Shown piece by piece: positions 1 through 9,618 of a stretch of DNA of 64,000 bases. Positions within the stretch are counted from its first letter, which is position 1; each line of letters starts with the position of its first letter. Position numbers and translations under genes: made by a program. Location of the stretch: positions 72,307-136,306 of the forward strand of contig PLNR01000009.1 in NCBI GenBank assembly GCA_003141835.1. The letters are read 5' to 3'. Below the pieces are notes generated by a model. The model searched no databases. It saw only the letters and a program-made list of their open reading frames with translations, and had not been told where the DNA came from. Source of the stretch: Candidatus Omnitrophota bacterium (lineage in GTDB: Bacteria > Omnitrophota > Gorgyraeia > Pluralincolimonadales > Pluralincolimonadaceae).

Positions 1-349
1 TTTTCAATATACCCTTCTCCTGGCGCTCGAGGACGTATAAGGCCCTCACGAGCGGCAGGCCTGACCCGATAAGCGTGGCCAGCTGCCTGGTAAAGACGGT
101 CACCTGTTTTTGGCTTACGCCGCCCAACGTAAGGTTCAGTAAGGACTCTTTAGCCGGGGCAGAAGTGCCTTCGCGCAGGTCTTTGCTTGCTCCGGGAGAG
201 GCTGTTTTCGACTTCTCCTCGCTTACACTTACCGGATAAAGACCCTTCTGGCGGAGCTGGGTGACCACCTCGTCGTTAGAGTTGACCTCGAGCTTGCCTT
301 TTGTCTCTTTCCCGTCTTTGTCGATCGCTACGTAATTGAATATTGCCAT
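1..349 (-). CDS. pilC: Type IV pilus/T2SS platform protein PilC/GspF family, N-terminal part. The gene runs off the left edge of the window.
   Basis: Minus-strand translation from the ATG at 349-347 gives MAIFNYVAIDKDGKETKGKLEVNSNDEVVTQLRQKGLYPVSV...FTRQLATLIGSGLPLVRALYVLE, a typical GspF/PilC N-terminus with a T2SSF motif. There is a GGAGGGG Shine-Dalgarno just upstream. The frame stays open to position 1. Confidence 0.8.
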   Translation of the reverse strand, partial: MAIFNYVAIDKDGKETKGKLEVNSNDEVVTQLRQKGLYPVSVSEEKSKTASPGASKDLREGTSAPAKESLLNLTLGGVSQKQVTVFTRQLATLIGSGLPLVRALYVLERQEKGILK

Positions 350-404
350 AGCTGTAGTTCCCCTCCCGCTTACAAAGCAAGTATACCCTATAAGTTACCG
401 AAAA

Positions 405-2138
405 TCAAAGTATCGCGGACTGGGCTTCCTTAAGGACCTCTTCGGCCGAAGTGGCGCCCAGAAATATCTTCTCGATGCCGTCGCTAAGGAGGGTCTTCAT
501 TCCGGCCTCTATCGCGGCATCTCTTATAAGCGCAGTATGGGCTTTTTCTATGACCAAAGCCCTGATCTTGTCGTTAAGGACGAGAAGTTCGAATAAGCCC
601 GTCCTCCCCTTGTATCCGGAATTATTGCATTTTACGCATCCGGCTCCCCTGTAAAATTTCTTTCCCGCCGCCATTTCGGGTGTTATCCCCAGGTCGGATA
701 GCATCTCCGGCTCGGGTGTATATTCCTCCTTGCAGAACTCGCATATCTTCCTGACGAGGCGCTGCGCCAGTACGGCCTCGAGCGTCGAGGTCACGAGGAA
801 CGGCTCCACGCCCATATCTATAAGCCTGGTGATCGTGCCGGACGCGTCGTTGGTGTGTATGGTCGAGAAGACGAGATGCCCGGTCAACGAGGCCTGGATG
901 GCTATCTGGGCCGTCTCGGCGTCGCGGATCTCGCCGACCATGATTATATCCGGGTCCTGCCTCAAGATGTGGCGCAGCGACGACGCGAAGGTAAGGCCGA
1001 TCTTGGCGTTTATCGGCACCTGGATAACGCCCTTGAGGTCGTACTCGACCGGGTCCTCGGTCGTGATGACCTTATATTCTATCTTGTTTATCTCTTTCAT
1101 GCATCCATACAAGGTGGTCGTCTTTCCGCAGCCGGTCGGGCCGGTAGCGAGGATTATTCCGTTGGGCTTGATGATCAGGGTGCGTATCCTTTTCTTCGTA
1201 TCCTCGAGCATCCCGACATCATCGATGGAAAGGCTGACCACCGTCCTGTCGAGGACCCTCATGACGACGCTCTCGCCGAATATCGTAGGTAATGTCGAGA
1301 TCCTGAGGTCGACGCTCTTGCCTTCTATCGTGACCATGATGCGCCCGTCCTGGGGAAGCCTGCGTTCGGCTATGTCGAGGTTCGCCATGACCTTGATCCT
1401 GGATGAGAGTCCGAGACTTAAGTTCTTAGGAGGTCTTGCGACTTCATATAGGACTCCATCCACCCTGTACCTGATCCTGTAATCCTGCTCGAACGGCTCA
1501 AAATGTATGTCCGAGGCCTTCTCTTTCACGCCCTGCAGCAATATCATGTTCAACAATTTTATGACCGGGGCGCGGGAAGCGAGGTCCTGCAGTGTGGCGA
1601 TATCGGTCGACTCTTCGCCGGCCGGCAGGAGTTCCATCTTTTCGCCGAATACTCCAAGGACGTCCTGTATCGTCTCGCCCTCGCTGCCGTAATATTTCTG
1701 TATCTCCTCTTTTATCTCCTCATCGCTGGCTACGACGCCCTTGATGTTCATCCCGAGGGTAAACCGCAGGTCGTCGAAGGCTGCCACATTCAACGGATCG
1801 GCGATAGCGACGGTGAGCTGGTTCCCGTCAATGGCGACGGGAAGTATGCTATATATCTTGGCGACCGAGGCCGGGACCTTGTCGATCACTTCCTTCGGGA
1901 TCTTCACGCCCTTAAGCCTGGCTACCGAGAAGCCGGAGCGCGCGCCGAGGACCTGGAGGATATCGTCCTCTTTGACCAGGCCCATATCTATCATGATGCG
2001 GCCCAGGAGTTTACCGGTCAGTTTCTGTTCTTCGAGGGCCTGTTCCAGCTGATGGTCGTTTATAAGGCCTTTTTCAAGGAGGAGCTGGCCTACCTTCTTG
2101 TATTTATCCTGTTTAGGCGGTTCTTTTTCCGGGGCCAT
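405..2138 (-). CDS. pilB: GspE/PilB-family secretion ATPase, paralog 1. It has an N-terminal MshEN-like domain.
   Basis: 577 aa. Walker A GPTGCGKTTT. C-terminal tetracysteine motif CEFC...CVKC. N-terminal KVGQLLLEKGLINDHQLEQALEEQK matches the MshEN RLGxxLLxxGLIxxxQLxxALxxQ pattern. Confidence 0.9.
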   Translation of the reverse strand: MAPEKEPPKQDKYKKVGQLLLEKGLINDHQLEQALEEQKLTGKLLGRIMIDMGLVKEDDILQVLGARSGFSVARLKGVKIPKEVIDKVPASVAKIYSILPVAIDGNQLTVAIADPLNVAAFDDLRFTLGMNIKGVVASDEEIKEEIQKYYGSEGETIQDVLGVFGEKMELLPAGEESTDIATLQDLASRAPVIKLLNMILLQGVKEKASDIHFEPFEQDYRIRYRVDGVLYEVARPPKNLSLGLSSRIKVMANLDIAERRLPQDGRIMVTIEGKSVDLRISTLPTIFGESVVMRVLDRTVVSLSIDDVGMLEDTKKRIRTLIIKPNGIILATGPTGCGKTTTLYGCMKEINKIEYKVITTEDPVEYDLKGVIQVPINAKIGLTFASSLRHILRQDPDIIMVGEIRDAETAQIAIQASLTGHLVFSTIHTNDASGTITRLIDMGVEPFLVTSTLEAVLAQRLVRKICEFCKEEYTPEPEMLSDLGITPEMAAGKKFYRGAGCVKCNNSGYKGRTGLFELLVLNDKIRALVIEKAHTALIRDAAIEAGMKTLLSDGIEKIFLGATSAEEVLKEAQSAIL

Positions 2139-2139
2139 A

Positions 2140-3849
2140 TTATTCCTCGTAGCCGTGCGTTATGCGCACGACCTCAGATATCGTGGTGATCCCTTCCATG
2201 GCTTTCGAGAGGCCGTCCTCGCGCAGTAACTTCATGCCGTGCTTGCGTGCCGCATCGCGGATCTCGGGAGAAGGCAGCCTCTTTATGATCATCTCCCTTA
2301 TCTCGTCGGTGTTGAGGAGGAGTTCGAAGATCCCTATCCTGCCCCTGTATCCCGTATAATTGCAGTTCTTGCATCCGCGCCCGCGCCATAATTTTATCCC
2401 GGCCGCGGCAGGATCGCCCTGCTTATGGCCGAGCACATATAATTCCTCGAGGGTCGGTGGGTACTCTTCCTTGCAATTGTCGCAGATCTTGCGGACGAGC
2501 CGCTGCGCCATTACCGCCTGCACCGTCGAGCTGACCAGGTAAGATTTCACTCCCATGTCTATCAGGCGCGTAAAAGCGCCGGCAGCGTCGTTGGTATGGA
2601 GCGTGCTGAAGAGGAGATGCCCGGTCAGGGCCGCCTGTATCGCGATGGATGCCGTTTCGAAATCGCGGATCTCGCCGACCATTATGACGTCAGGCGCCTG
2701 CCTCAGCATCGTCCTGAGGCCCGAAGCAAAAGTCAGCCCGATCGAAGGCCTGACGTGCACCTGGTTTATCCCGGAGATCTGGTATTCGACCGGGTCCTCG
2801 ATAGTTATTAATTTTTTGTTCGGTTTATTGATATAGCTGAGCGAGGCGTATAATGTAGTGGTCTTGCCGCTTCCGGTCGGGCCGGTTATAAGCAACATCC
2901 CGTAAGGGAGATGTATCAGCCTTTCGAACGTATCCGCGTCCCCGTGGAGGAATCCCAATTCCTTAAGGCCGAGCATGAAGCTCGATTTGTCGAGGATCCT
3001 CATGACCACGCTCTCGCCGTATAATGCGGGGAGGGTCGACACACGGAGGTCGAGGTCCTTGCCCGCGCCCGAGATCCTGATCCTGCCGTCCTGCGGCAGC
3101 CTCTTCTCCGCAATATTCATACCGGCCATGATCTTCAGGCGGCTTATGATGGAAGGCTGCAGCTGTTTCGGCGGGCCCGGCACTTCGTGCAGGACGCCGT
3201 CGATCCTGTACCTTATGCGAAATTTGTCCTCGAGCGGCTCCACGTGGATATCCGAGGCGCGGTTCTTCACGGCCTCGGCAATTATCTGCGTGACGAGCTT
3301 TATTATAGGGGCTTCCTCTTTCTCCTCTTCCTTGGCGACCTCGCCGGCCGCTCCCTTGAAAGAGACCGCTATCTCCGAGTCCTTTTTCGACGCGACCGCG
3401 TCCAGGATATTCTTGCTGCCCCCGTAATGTTTTTCGAGCGCGATAGAGAGGTTGGTCTCCGAGGTCAGGACAAAATTTAATTTACATCCGGTCAAAGCTT
3501 CGAGGTTATCCTGGGCAAGGAGGTTTATAGGATCATCGGTGCCGACGGTAAGCACGTCGTTTTCGTATTTCAGGGGTATCATCCTGTGCCGGTAAGCGAT
3601 GTTCGGCTTTACTTTCTGGAGCACGTCGAACGGTATCTCCATATCGAAGATCGGGGAACGGGCGAGGGAGAATTCCTGGACGATGAGGTCCCTAAGCTGT
3701 TCTATTTTTAAGAAACCTATACCTGCGAGGATCTCGGAGAGGCGGCCGCCTGATTCGACCTGGGTCTTTAGGATGTTCTTAACCTGGGATTCTTCCAGGA
3801 TCCCTATAGACCTGACGTATTCGGCTATGAGCCTGCTTTTATTCAGCAA
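2140..3849 (-). CDS. pilB: GspE/PilB-family secretion ATPase, paralog 2.
   Basis: 569 aa. Walker A GPTGSGKTTT. CDNC...CKNC zinc motif. GSPII_E N-domain present, but its MshEN motif is degenerate. Confidence 0.9.
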   Translation of the reverse strand: MLNKSRLIAEYVRSIGILEESQVKNILKTQVESGGRLSEILAGIGFLKIEQLRDLIVQEFSLARSPIFDMEIPFDVLQKVKPNIAYRHRMIPLKYENDVLTVGTDDPINLLAQDNLEALTGCKLNFVLTSETNLSIALEKHYGGSKNILDAVASKKDSEIAVSFKGAAGEVAKEEEKEEAPIIKLVTQIIAEAVKNRASDIHVEPLEDKFRIRYRIDGVLHEVPGPPKQLQPSIISRLKIMAGMNIAEKRLPQDGRIRISGAGKDLDLRVSTLPALYGESVVMRILDKSSFMLGLKELGFLHGDADTFERLIHLPYGMLLITGPTGSGKTTTLYASLSYINKPNKKLITIEDPVEYQISGINQVHVRPSIGLTFASGLRTMLRQAPDVIMVGEIRDFETASIAIQAALTGHLLFSTLHTNDAAGAFTRLIDMGVKSYLVSSTVQAVMAQRLVRKICDNCKEEYPPTLEELYVLGHKQGDPAAAGIKLWRGRGCKNCNYTGYRGRIGIFELLLNTDEIREMIIKRLPSPEIRDAARKHGMKLLREDGLSKAMEGITTISEVVRITHGYEE

Positions 3850-5036
3850 ATCCCTGTCTCTCCCCTTTTATGCTCCTGCGCGCTCCGGCGCGCTGCAGCA
3901 TCAGCCTCGCGGCGGACGGCCGAGAACGGGACCTTTTTCAGTTTCGCGGCCCTTTTGCAATCTTCGTATTCCGGAGAACAAATACTAATTACGTTTTTCC
4001 AAGAGCCAACCTTCACCTTTATATTACCATATTTTGTGTTTACTTCAACTATTTTACGCTTAAGTTTCCGGCGTCCGGCCGTATGCCTCCTTATGCCGAA
4101 TGTGGGCGTCTCTTCAAAGATGATCCCGGAGAGCGTCTCGGCCGTTTGCGGCTCGGAGACGACCGTCAATACGCAGGCCGGCCGCGATTTTTTCATGATC
4201 ACCGGCGTTATATAAACATCCAACGCGCCGGCCTCAAAAAGCCTCTCGATGATATACTCGTATATTTGGGGGTTCATATCATCGATGTTAGCCTCCAATA
4301 CCGTGACGACATCCGCATCGCCGTCCGCCTGCCGTTCTCCTATTATCGACTTGAGCAGGTTCGGCCTGTCCGGGATATCGCGGCTTCCGGCGCCGTATCC
4401 GGCCCTGAGGACCTTCATCGGCGGTATATCGTCCTGCGGCCTCGAAAATGTCTTAAGGAGCGAAGCTCCCGTCGGCGTCACCAATTCGAAAGGAACGCCG
4501 GCTATGGAGATATCGATCCCCTGCAACAGGTAGGCCGTGGCAGGAGCGACATTTGCCACTGCCAGGCGCGAAGAATATATCTCGTCGATGCCCAACTCTT
4601 CCAGCGCGATACAGGCGCCGACTATATCGACCACGGAATCTATATCACCCACTTCGTGGAAATGCACTTTCTCTACTGGAACGCCGTGGGCCCTGCTCTC
4701 CGCTTTCGCGAGATTGTTGAAAACGGCGACTGACATCTCCTTGACCCGGGCCGAGAGGCCCGATGACTTTATCGCCTTCACGATGCCTTTGAATGTCTTG
4801 TCATCCGTATGTTCGTGCCCGCGGCGCTTTTTATATATGACGTCGAATTTCACGCCTGATACGCCGGCGCGCGAGACTTTACGCGCCCCCAATTTATAAT
4901 CGCCTATCTTCATCTTGCGCAGCTGCGAGCCGAGGCGCTTGATATCCAGGCCGCAATCTATGAGCGACCCCAGGAACATATCGCCGCTTATCCCGCTTGG
5001 GCAATCAAGGTATAATATTTTTTTGGGATGGGTCAT
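3843..5036 (-). CDS. larC: LarC, the nickel insertion (pyridinium-3,5-bisthiocarboxylate mononucleotide nickel chelatase) protein, DUF111 family.
   Basis: The N-terminus MTHPKKILYLDCPSGISGDMFLGSLIDCGLD is the LarC/DUF111 signature. 397 aa. Confidence 0.85.
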   Translation of the reverse strand: MTHPKKILYLDCPSGISGDMFLGSLIDCGLDIKRLGSQLRKMKIGDYKLGARKVSRAGVSGVKFDVIYKKRRGHEHTDDKTFKGIVKAIKSSGLSARVKEMSVAVFNNLAKAESRAHGVPVEKVHFHEVGDIDSVVDIVGACIALEELGIDEIYSSRLAVANVAPATAYLLQGIDISIAGVPFELVTPTGASLLKTFSRPQDDIPPMKVLRAGYGAGSRDIPDRPNLLKSIIGERQADGDADVVTVLEANIDDMNPQIYEYIIERLFEAGALDVYITPVIMKKSRPACVLTVVSEPQTAETLSGIIFEETPTFGIRRHTAGRRKLKRKIVEVNTKYGNIKVKVGSWKNVISICSPEYEDCKRAAKLKKVPFSAVRREADAAARRSAQEHKRGETGIC

Positions 5037-5782
5037 TTATTTATGAGCCCCGCGAAATATCCCGCGCCGAAACCGTTATCGATATTCATCACGCACACCC
5101 CGGGCGCGCAGGAATTCAACATCGTTAAAAGCGACGACAGCCCGCCGAATGAAGCCCCGTATCCCACCGACGTCGGCACGGCGATGACCGGGCAGGCGAC
5201 GAGCCCGCCGACGATCGAGGCGAGCGCCCCCTCCATCCCTGCGACGACTATTATGACCTTAGCTTTCTTCAGGAGCGGTATGCTGCCGACGACCCTGTGT
5301 ATGCCGGCGACGCCGACATCGTAAAGCCGCGCCGTCCGGTTACCGAGGAGCTCGAGGGTCAACGCCGCCTCCTCCGCGACAGGGATATCCGACGTGCCGG
5401 CGGTCACGATGAGGACCTCGTCCTTCCCGGGCCTCGGCTTTTTTTTAGCGAAATATATCATCCTGGCATCCTCGTTGAACTTCAAGCCGGGGATGACGGC
5501 GCAAAGATACCTGTATAATTCGGGCGAGGCCTTCGTGATGAGGAGCGTATTGCCGCTGGCGATGATGCGCTGCGCTATCTCGGCGATATCGCGGTCTTTC
5601 TTGCCCGGCGCGAATATGACTTCGGGGAAACCCTTGCGGACAGCGCGGTGGAAATCGATCTTGGCAAAACCCATGTCGTGGAAAGGAAAATGCTCGAGCT
5701 TCTTGAAAGCGGCCCTTTTGGAGATCCTGCCGTCCTTAAGGTGAGAGAGCACTTTTTTTATCGAATGTTTGGAATAATCCAT
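5033..5782 (-). CDS. larB: LarB, pyridinium-3,5-biscarboxylic acid mononucleotide synthase (PurE-like).
   Basis: 249 aa. DMGFAKIDFHRAVRKGFPEVIFAPGKK...ITKASPELY and the C-terminal PurE-like domain GTSDIPVAEEAALTLELLG...IAVPTSVGYG match LarB. Confidence 0.85.
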   Translation of the reverse strand: MDYSKHSIKKVLSHLKDGRISKRAAFKKLEHFPFHDMGFAKIDFHRAVRKGFPEVIFAPGKKDRDIAEIAQRIIASGNTLLITKASPELYRYLCAVIPGLKFNEDARMIYFAKKKPRPGKDEVLIVTAGTSDIPVAEEAALTLELLGNRTARLYDVGVAGIHRVVGSIPLLKKAKVIIVVAGMEGALASIVGGLVACPVIAVPTSVGYGASFGGLSSLLTMLNSCAPGVCVMNIDNGFGAGYFAGLINK

Positions 5783-5787
5783 GGTGC

Positions 5788-6183
5788 CTATCTTCTTAAA
5801 AGTATCACCGCCACTAAAAGGACGATCAAAACGAACGCGAGTATATAGAAATCGTTGAAATAAACGAAATCCCTTATCCTGTCGAATGCAGAGTATCCGG
5901 CCTTCTTCTCTTCTTTCTGCGCCGGCCTGATGTCGAGGATCGGGACAGACTGGTGCTTGATTATGCGTATCCTGCTGCGCAGGGCATCGACCTGGCTCTT
6001 CCTGAACCTCAGGTATTCGCCGCCGATCCTGTAAGCCGGTATCTTCCCTTCGGCGACAAAACGCCTGAGCTCTTCCTCGCTCAAGTCGAGGATATCAGCG
6101 GCGTCATGGAGGCTTATGAGCTTCTCCCTTTCGGCCGGGGTATCGGATGCCTTATTTAATTCGTTCCGATGCAATCCATTCAT
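5788..6183 (-). CDS. Excisionase-family helix-turn-helix DNA-binding protein with a C-terminal transmembrane anchor.
   Basis: The segment LSEEELRRFVAEGKIPAYRIGGEYLRFRKSQVDAL is an HTH_17/excisionase-type motif. The C-terminus FYILAFVLIVLLVAVILL is hydrophobic. Confidence 0.6.
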   Translation of the reverse strand: MNGLHRNELNKASDTPAEREKLISLHDAADILDLSEEELRRFVAEGKIPAYRIGGEYLRFRKSQVDALRSRIRIIKHQSVPILDIRPAQKEEKKAGYSAFDRIRDFVYFNDFYILAFVLIVLLVAVILLRR

Positions 6184-6685
6184 CTATTTTCGCTTTATCA
6201 AAATGCAGCCTGTCGCCTTCCCTTATCGCCGGCAGCTTCCCGCTGACCGCCCAATCCCTGACGACCGATGAATCGACCTCGAGATACCTCGCGACCTCTT
6301 CCACTTCCATCAGTTCGGCCGCGGCCTGCGATGAGGCCCTTCCGCCGGAGACCATCTGGCAATTGCCGTTAAGGACGGCTCCCTTGCTTATCTCCAGGAG
6401 CGGCGTCTTTATGTTCCCGTCAACGCGCGCCGGCGAGATGAGTTTCAGGGATTTTTTCGCGACCACTTCGCCGGTCACCCTTCCCGCAATGGTTATCTCG
6501 TCTCCGACGATGTTCGCGTTCACGAACGCCTTCTCTCCGATGGTGAGCGTCCCTTTCGTGTCAAGCGTGCCTTCAAACCTACCGTTTATCTGCAGGTTCA
6601 CCGGGTCCTTGAAAGACATCGTTCCCTGCATGCTGGCATCGACATCCAATATCTTCTCTTCCGTCTTCTTACCTTTGCCTAGCAT
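6152..6685 (-). CDS. Bactofilin-domain protein fused to a C-terminal excisionase-type HTH.
   Basis: A bactofilin beta-helical repeat pattern (INGRFEGTLDTKGTLTIGEKAFVNANIVGDEITIAGRVTGEV...VDGNIKTPLLEISKGAVLNGNCQM) is followed by VEEVARYLEVDSSVVRDWAVSGKLPAIREGDRLHF, an HTH_17 motif. Confidence 0.75.
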   Translation of the reverse strand: MLGKGKKTEEKILDVDASMQGTMSFKDPVNLQINGRFEGTLDTKGTLTIGEKAFVNANIVGDEITIAGRVTGEVVAKKSLKLISPARVDGNIKTPLLEISKGAVLNGNCQMVSGGRASSQAAAELMEVEEVARYLEVDSSVVRDWAVSGKLPAIREGDRLHFDKAKIDEWIASERIK

Positions 6686-6709
6686 CTTGACACACCCCCT
6701 CTCGTGCCT

Positions 6710-7393
6710 TTATGAATCGGTCAACACCGACCAATCGGCCTTCTTGACCCCGTCCAGCCCGCGTACCTTCGAAAGGATCTCGTTATCGTGTTCGTTCGTC
6801 AATAGTTTTACGCTGATCTTTATGATGAGGTCCTCGGAAGACGAGGATTTTTTCACGTCGAAATCTTTTATCTCAACGTCGTACTCGGAAAGCAGCGCCC
6901 GTATCTCCTGGAGCTGCGATGCGCCGGCTTTCGTATCTATCTCGAGGGTCTTGTACCAGTCCCTCCTTATCATGACCCTCTCGACCCTGTTGAGGAAGAA
7001 AAGGGCGGCTAAGACTAAAAGCGTCGTAAAAGCGGCGGGCGCATACATCCCCGCGCCGACCGCGAGGCCGAGGCCGGCAACTGTCCAGAGGCTTGCAGCC
7101 GTGGTAAGGCCGCGGACAGAGGCCTTAAATCTTATTATCGTGCCGGCGCCGAGAAAACCTATACCGCTGACGACCTGCGCCGCTATCCGGCCCGGGTCTA
7201 CGGCGGCATGGCCCCTGTAGATGTCGAAGATATACATCGAAGTGAGCATCATGAGGGCTGAACCTACGCCGACCAGGATGTGCGTCCTGAAGCCTGCGAG
7301 CCTCCCGTGCACTTCGCGCTCGTAACCGATGAGTCCGCTTAAGACCGCCGCAATAAGCAACCTTAACATCATATCCAAATCGCTAAGTCCCAT
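6710..7393 (-). CDS. mgtC: MgtC/SapB family membrane protein.
   Basis: LRLLIAAVLSGLIGYEREVHGRLAGFRTHILVGVGSALMMLTS is the MgtC signature, and an ACT-like C-terminal domain follows. Confidence 0.85.
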   Translation of the reverse strand: MGLSDLDMMLRLLIAAVLSGLIGYEREVHGRLAGFRTHILVGVGSALMMLTSMYIFDIYRGHAAVDPGRIAAQVVSGIGFLGAGTIIRFKASVRGLTTAASLWTVAGLGLAVGAGMYAPAAFTTLLVLAALFFLNRVERVMIRRDWYKTLEIDTKAGASQLQEIRALLSEYDVEIKDFDVKKSSSSEDLIIKISVKLLTNEHDNEILSKVRGLDGVKKADWSVLTDS

Positions 7394-7405
7394 TGCCCTC
7401 TCCTT

Positions 7406-8422
7406 CTAGATGCCGAGGTTAGGTTCAGCTGTCAGGTCCAGACCGGACCTTTTGCCTTTTTTATATAACAGGTACCCGGTCGAGGCGATCATCGCGCCGT
7501 TATCGAGCGAAAGACGCATCGGCGGGAATATGACCTCTATCCCGTCCCTTGCGCCGGCTTCTGTAAGCTCTTTCCTTAAAAGCCTGTTGGCGCTCACGCC
7601 TCCGCCTACGATGAGGCGATCTATCTTCTTTTTTCCGCTTTCGCGGGACTTTGCTACACAGGCGGATACCGCTTTTTCAACGACCGCTCCGATCGCTGCC
7701 TTCTGGAAACTCGCCGCGATATCCGCGGTCATCTCCGCAGTGAGCTTCCGGCCTTTCACATGATATAATACCGCAGTTTTTATCCCGCTGAAACTAAAAT
7801 CGTATGAATCATCCCCGAGATAAGGCAAAGTGAATTTTACCGCATCCGGATCGCCGCGCCGCGCCGCCTTTTCGATCGCCGGCCCGCCGGGATAACCCAG
7901 CCCGAGTATTTTTGCGGCTTTGTCGAACGCTTCGCCTATCGCGTCGTCCCTGGTCTGGCCGAGCAGCCTGAACCTGCCTATATCTTCGCAAAGTACGAGG
8001 CTTGTATGCCCGCCGGAAACTACAAGGCCCATGACAGGGAATTTAATATCCGGACGGCCGATGAGCCCGGAGTAGATATGCGCCCAAAGATGGTTCACTC
8101 CCACTACCGGTATACCGAGGGAATAGCCGAGGGATTTTGCGAACGATATCCCGACGAGGAGTGCGCCGACCAGGCCGGGCCCCTGGGTCACCGCGACCAG
8201 GTCGATATCTTCCAGCGTTACGCCGGCTGCCTTGAGGGAATCCTTTACGACATAATCGATGACTTCAAGGTGATAACGCGTGGCTATCTCCGGGACCACG
8301 CCGCCGTATTTCTTGTGGAATTCGAGGGAAGAGGCGATAGTGTCGGAGATGACCTCGTTACCGTCCTTCACTACGCTGGCGCCCGTCTCGTCGCATGATG
8401 TCTCGATGCCGAGGACAAGCAT
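7406..8422 (-). CDS. tsaD: tRNA N6-adenosine threonylcarbamoyltransferase TsaD.
   Basis: MLVLGIETSCDETGASVV...GVNHLWAHIY...GGVSANRLLR, Kae1/TsaD family. Confidence 0.95.
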   Translation of the reverse strand: MLVLGIETSCDETGASVVKDGNEVISDTIASSLEFHKKYGGVVPEIATRYHLEVIDYVVKDSLKAAGVTLEDIDLVAVTQGPGLVGALLVGISFAKSLGYSLGIPVVGVNHLWAHIYSGLIGRPDIKFPVMGLVVSGGHTSLVLCEDIGRFRLLGQTRDDAIGEAFDKAAKILGLGYPGGPAIEKAARRGDPDAVKFTLPYLGDDSYDFSFSGIKTAVLYHVKGRKLTAEMTADIAASFQKAAIGAVVEKAVSACVAKSRESGKKKIDRLIVGGGVSANRLLRKELTEAGARDGIEVIFPPMRLSLDNGAMIASTGYLLYKKGKRSGLDLTAEPNLGI

Positions 8423-8427
8423 TATCC

Positions 8428-9618
8428 CTACCTCGCCAGGTCCGATACGAACGTCATCTCTATCCCCCTGCTTTCTATAAGCGGGATCATGTCTTTCAAA
8501 ACGGATATGGTGTTAGGGCGGTCGTGGCCTATCGCCACGGCGTACCCGTTCTTTACCGCGAGGTCCATCGCCTTGCCGATCTGCTTTTTTATGTAGGCCG
8601 GGTCGCTTTCGTTATCGAGGAATACGGACCTCTTGATAAACCTTATGCCCGCTTCCTTCGCGGCCGGCTCGCAAACGGAATAATTGGTGACGAGACTGTC
8701 GAGGAAGAACATGTTGTTCTTTTTTAATTCGCCGAATACGACTTTCATAAGCCTGCGGTCTTCGGTGGCCTTGGATCCCTCGTGGTTATTCATACCGACC
8801 GCGCCGGGAACGGTCTGGAGCGCCTTATAAAGGTTAGCCCTTATCTCGTCATCGGTCATGCCGGTATAAAGGGTTGTAAGCTCAAGCTTGATCTTCGCCT
8901 TCGGCTCCATGGGCATGTGTATTATCACCTGTTGGCCGCGGGCCTCCGCCTTCTGGGCGATCATTGTCGAATAAGGAAGGCCGGGCAATATGGAAATAGT
9001 GACCGGTTTATCCACTTGCAGGATAGCTTCCAGGTTCCTTGTGCTGTAACCCCAATCATCCAGCACTATCGCCAGTTTCGGGCGCGCCGGGACCGGGACC
9101 GGCTTTATTACTTCAGGAGTCACAGGGGGAATGACCGGGACCTTCGGCGGCACCGGCGGTACCGGCTTCGCCGTTACCCTCCGGATAAGTGTCAGGCGGA
9201 ATACCGGGTTGCTTGATGAGCGTTCCGCGATGATGAACGACGCTTCTTCCCTTAATTCCTTCTTGCTCCCTTCAGGGGCCAAGGCCCCTGAAGGGACCTT
9301 GCTCTTCACCGCGCTCTCTTTTACCGTCCTTGAGACCGAAAGCAATTTAAACCCGGCCTTATCGAGTGATTTCGAGATTCTCTTCTCGAAATCATCGAAA
9401 GAGAACCCGTCCGGGACCCAATACCTCTTTTCGAGGTAGACGTGTTTCGCTTTGCCTACCAGGTCCTTATTCGAGACCTTGGCCGCGGCGAGTTCGGAAG
9501 AAACGATCCGCTCAAGCGTCCTGTCATGGAACAGGTCCCTGGTGGTATTGTAGAGCAATACCACGCAGATCACCGCCGCGATGATGACTACAACGTTATA
9601 CGCGTTTGCTTTGTTCAT
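8428..9618 (-). CDS. Divergent polysaccharide deacetylase family protein (YibQ-like) with an N-terminal TM helix and a proline-rich linker.
   Basis: PKLAIVLDDWGYS...HMPMEP...IGHDRPNT motifs. PVPPVPPKVPVIPPVTPEV linker. Confidence 0.75.
   Translation of the reverse strand: MNKANAYNVVVIIAAVICVVLLYNTTRDLFHDRTLERIVSSELAAAKVSNKDLVGKAKHVYLEKRYWVPDGFSFDDFEKRISKSLDKAGFKLLSVSRTVKESAVKSKVPSGALAPEGSKKELREEASFIIAERSSSNPVFRLTLIRRVTAKPVPPVPPKVPVIPPVTPEVIKPVPVPARPKLAIVLDDWGYSTRNLEAILQVDKPVTISILPGLPYSTMIAQKAEARGQQVIIHMPMEPKAKIKLELTTLYTGMTDDEIRANLYKALQTVPGAVGMNNHEGSKATEDRRLMKVVFGELKKNNMFFLDSLVTNYSVCEPAAKEAGIRFIKRSVFLDNESDPAYIKKQIGKAMDLAVKNGYAVAIGHDRPNTISVLKDMIPLIESRGIEMTFVSDLAR

Noticed and set aside
6147-7220. 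A long plus-strand ORF (357 aa, Ser/Thr/Ala-rich). Similar long antisense ORFs occur at 26237-27217, 34647-35786, 38339-39214, 44240-45220, 57351-58265 and 58291-59229.
   Set aside because: These lie antisense to well-supported genes (bactofilin/mgtC, obg, pilN/O, the PilX-like gene, pilB, the coiled-coil gene, rluD). They are low-complexity or Arg-rich, as expected for stop-poor high-GC antisense frames.
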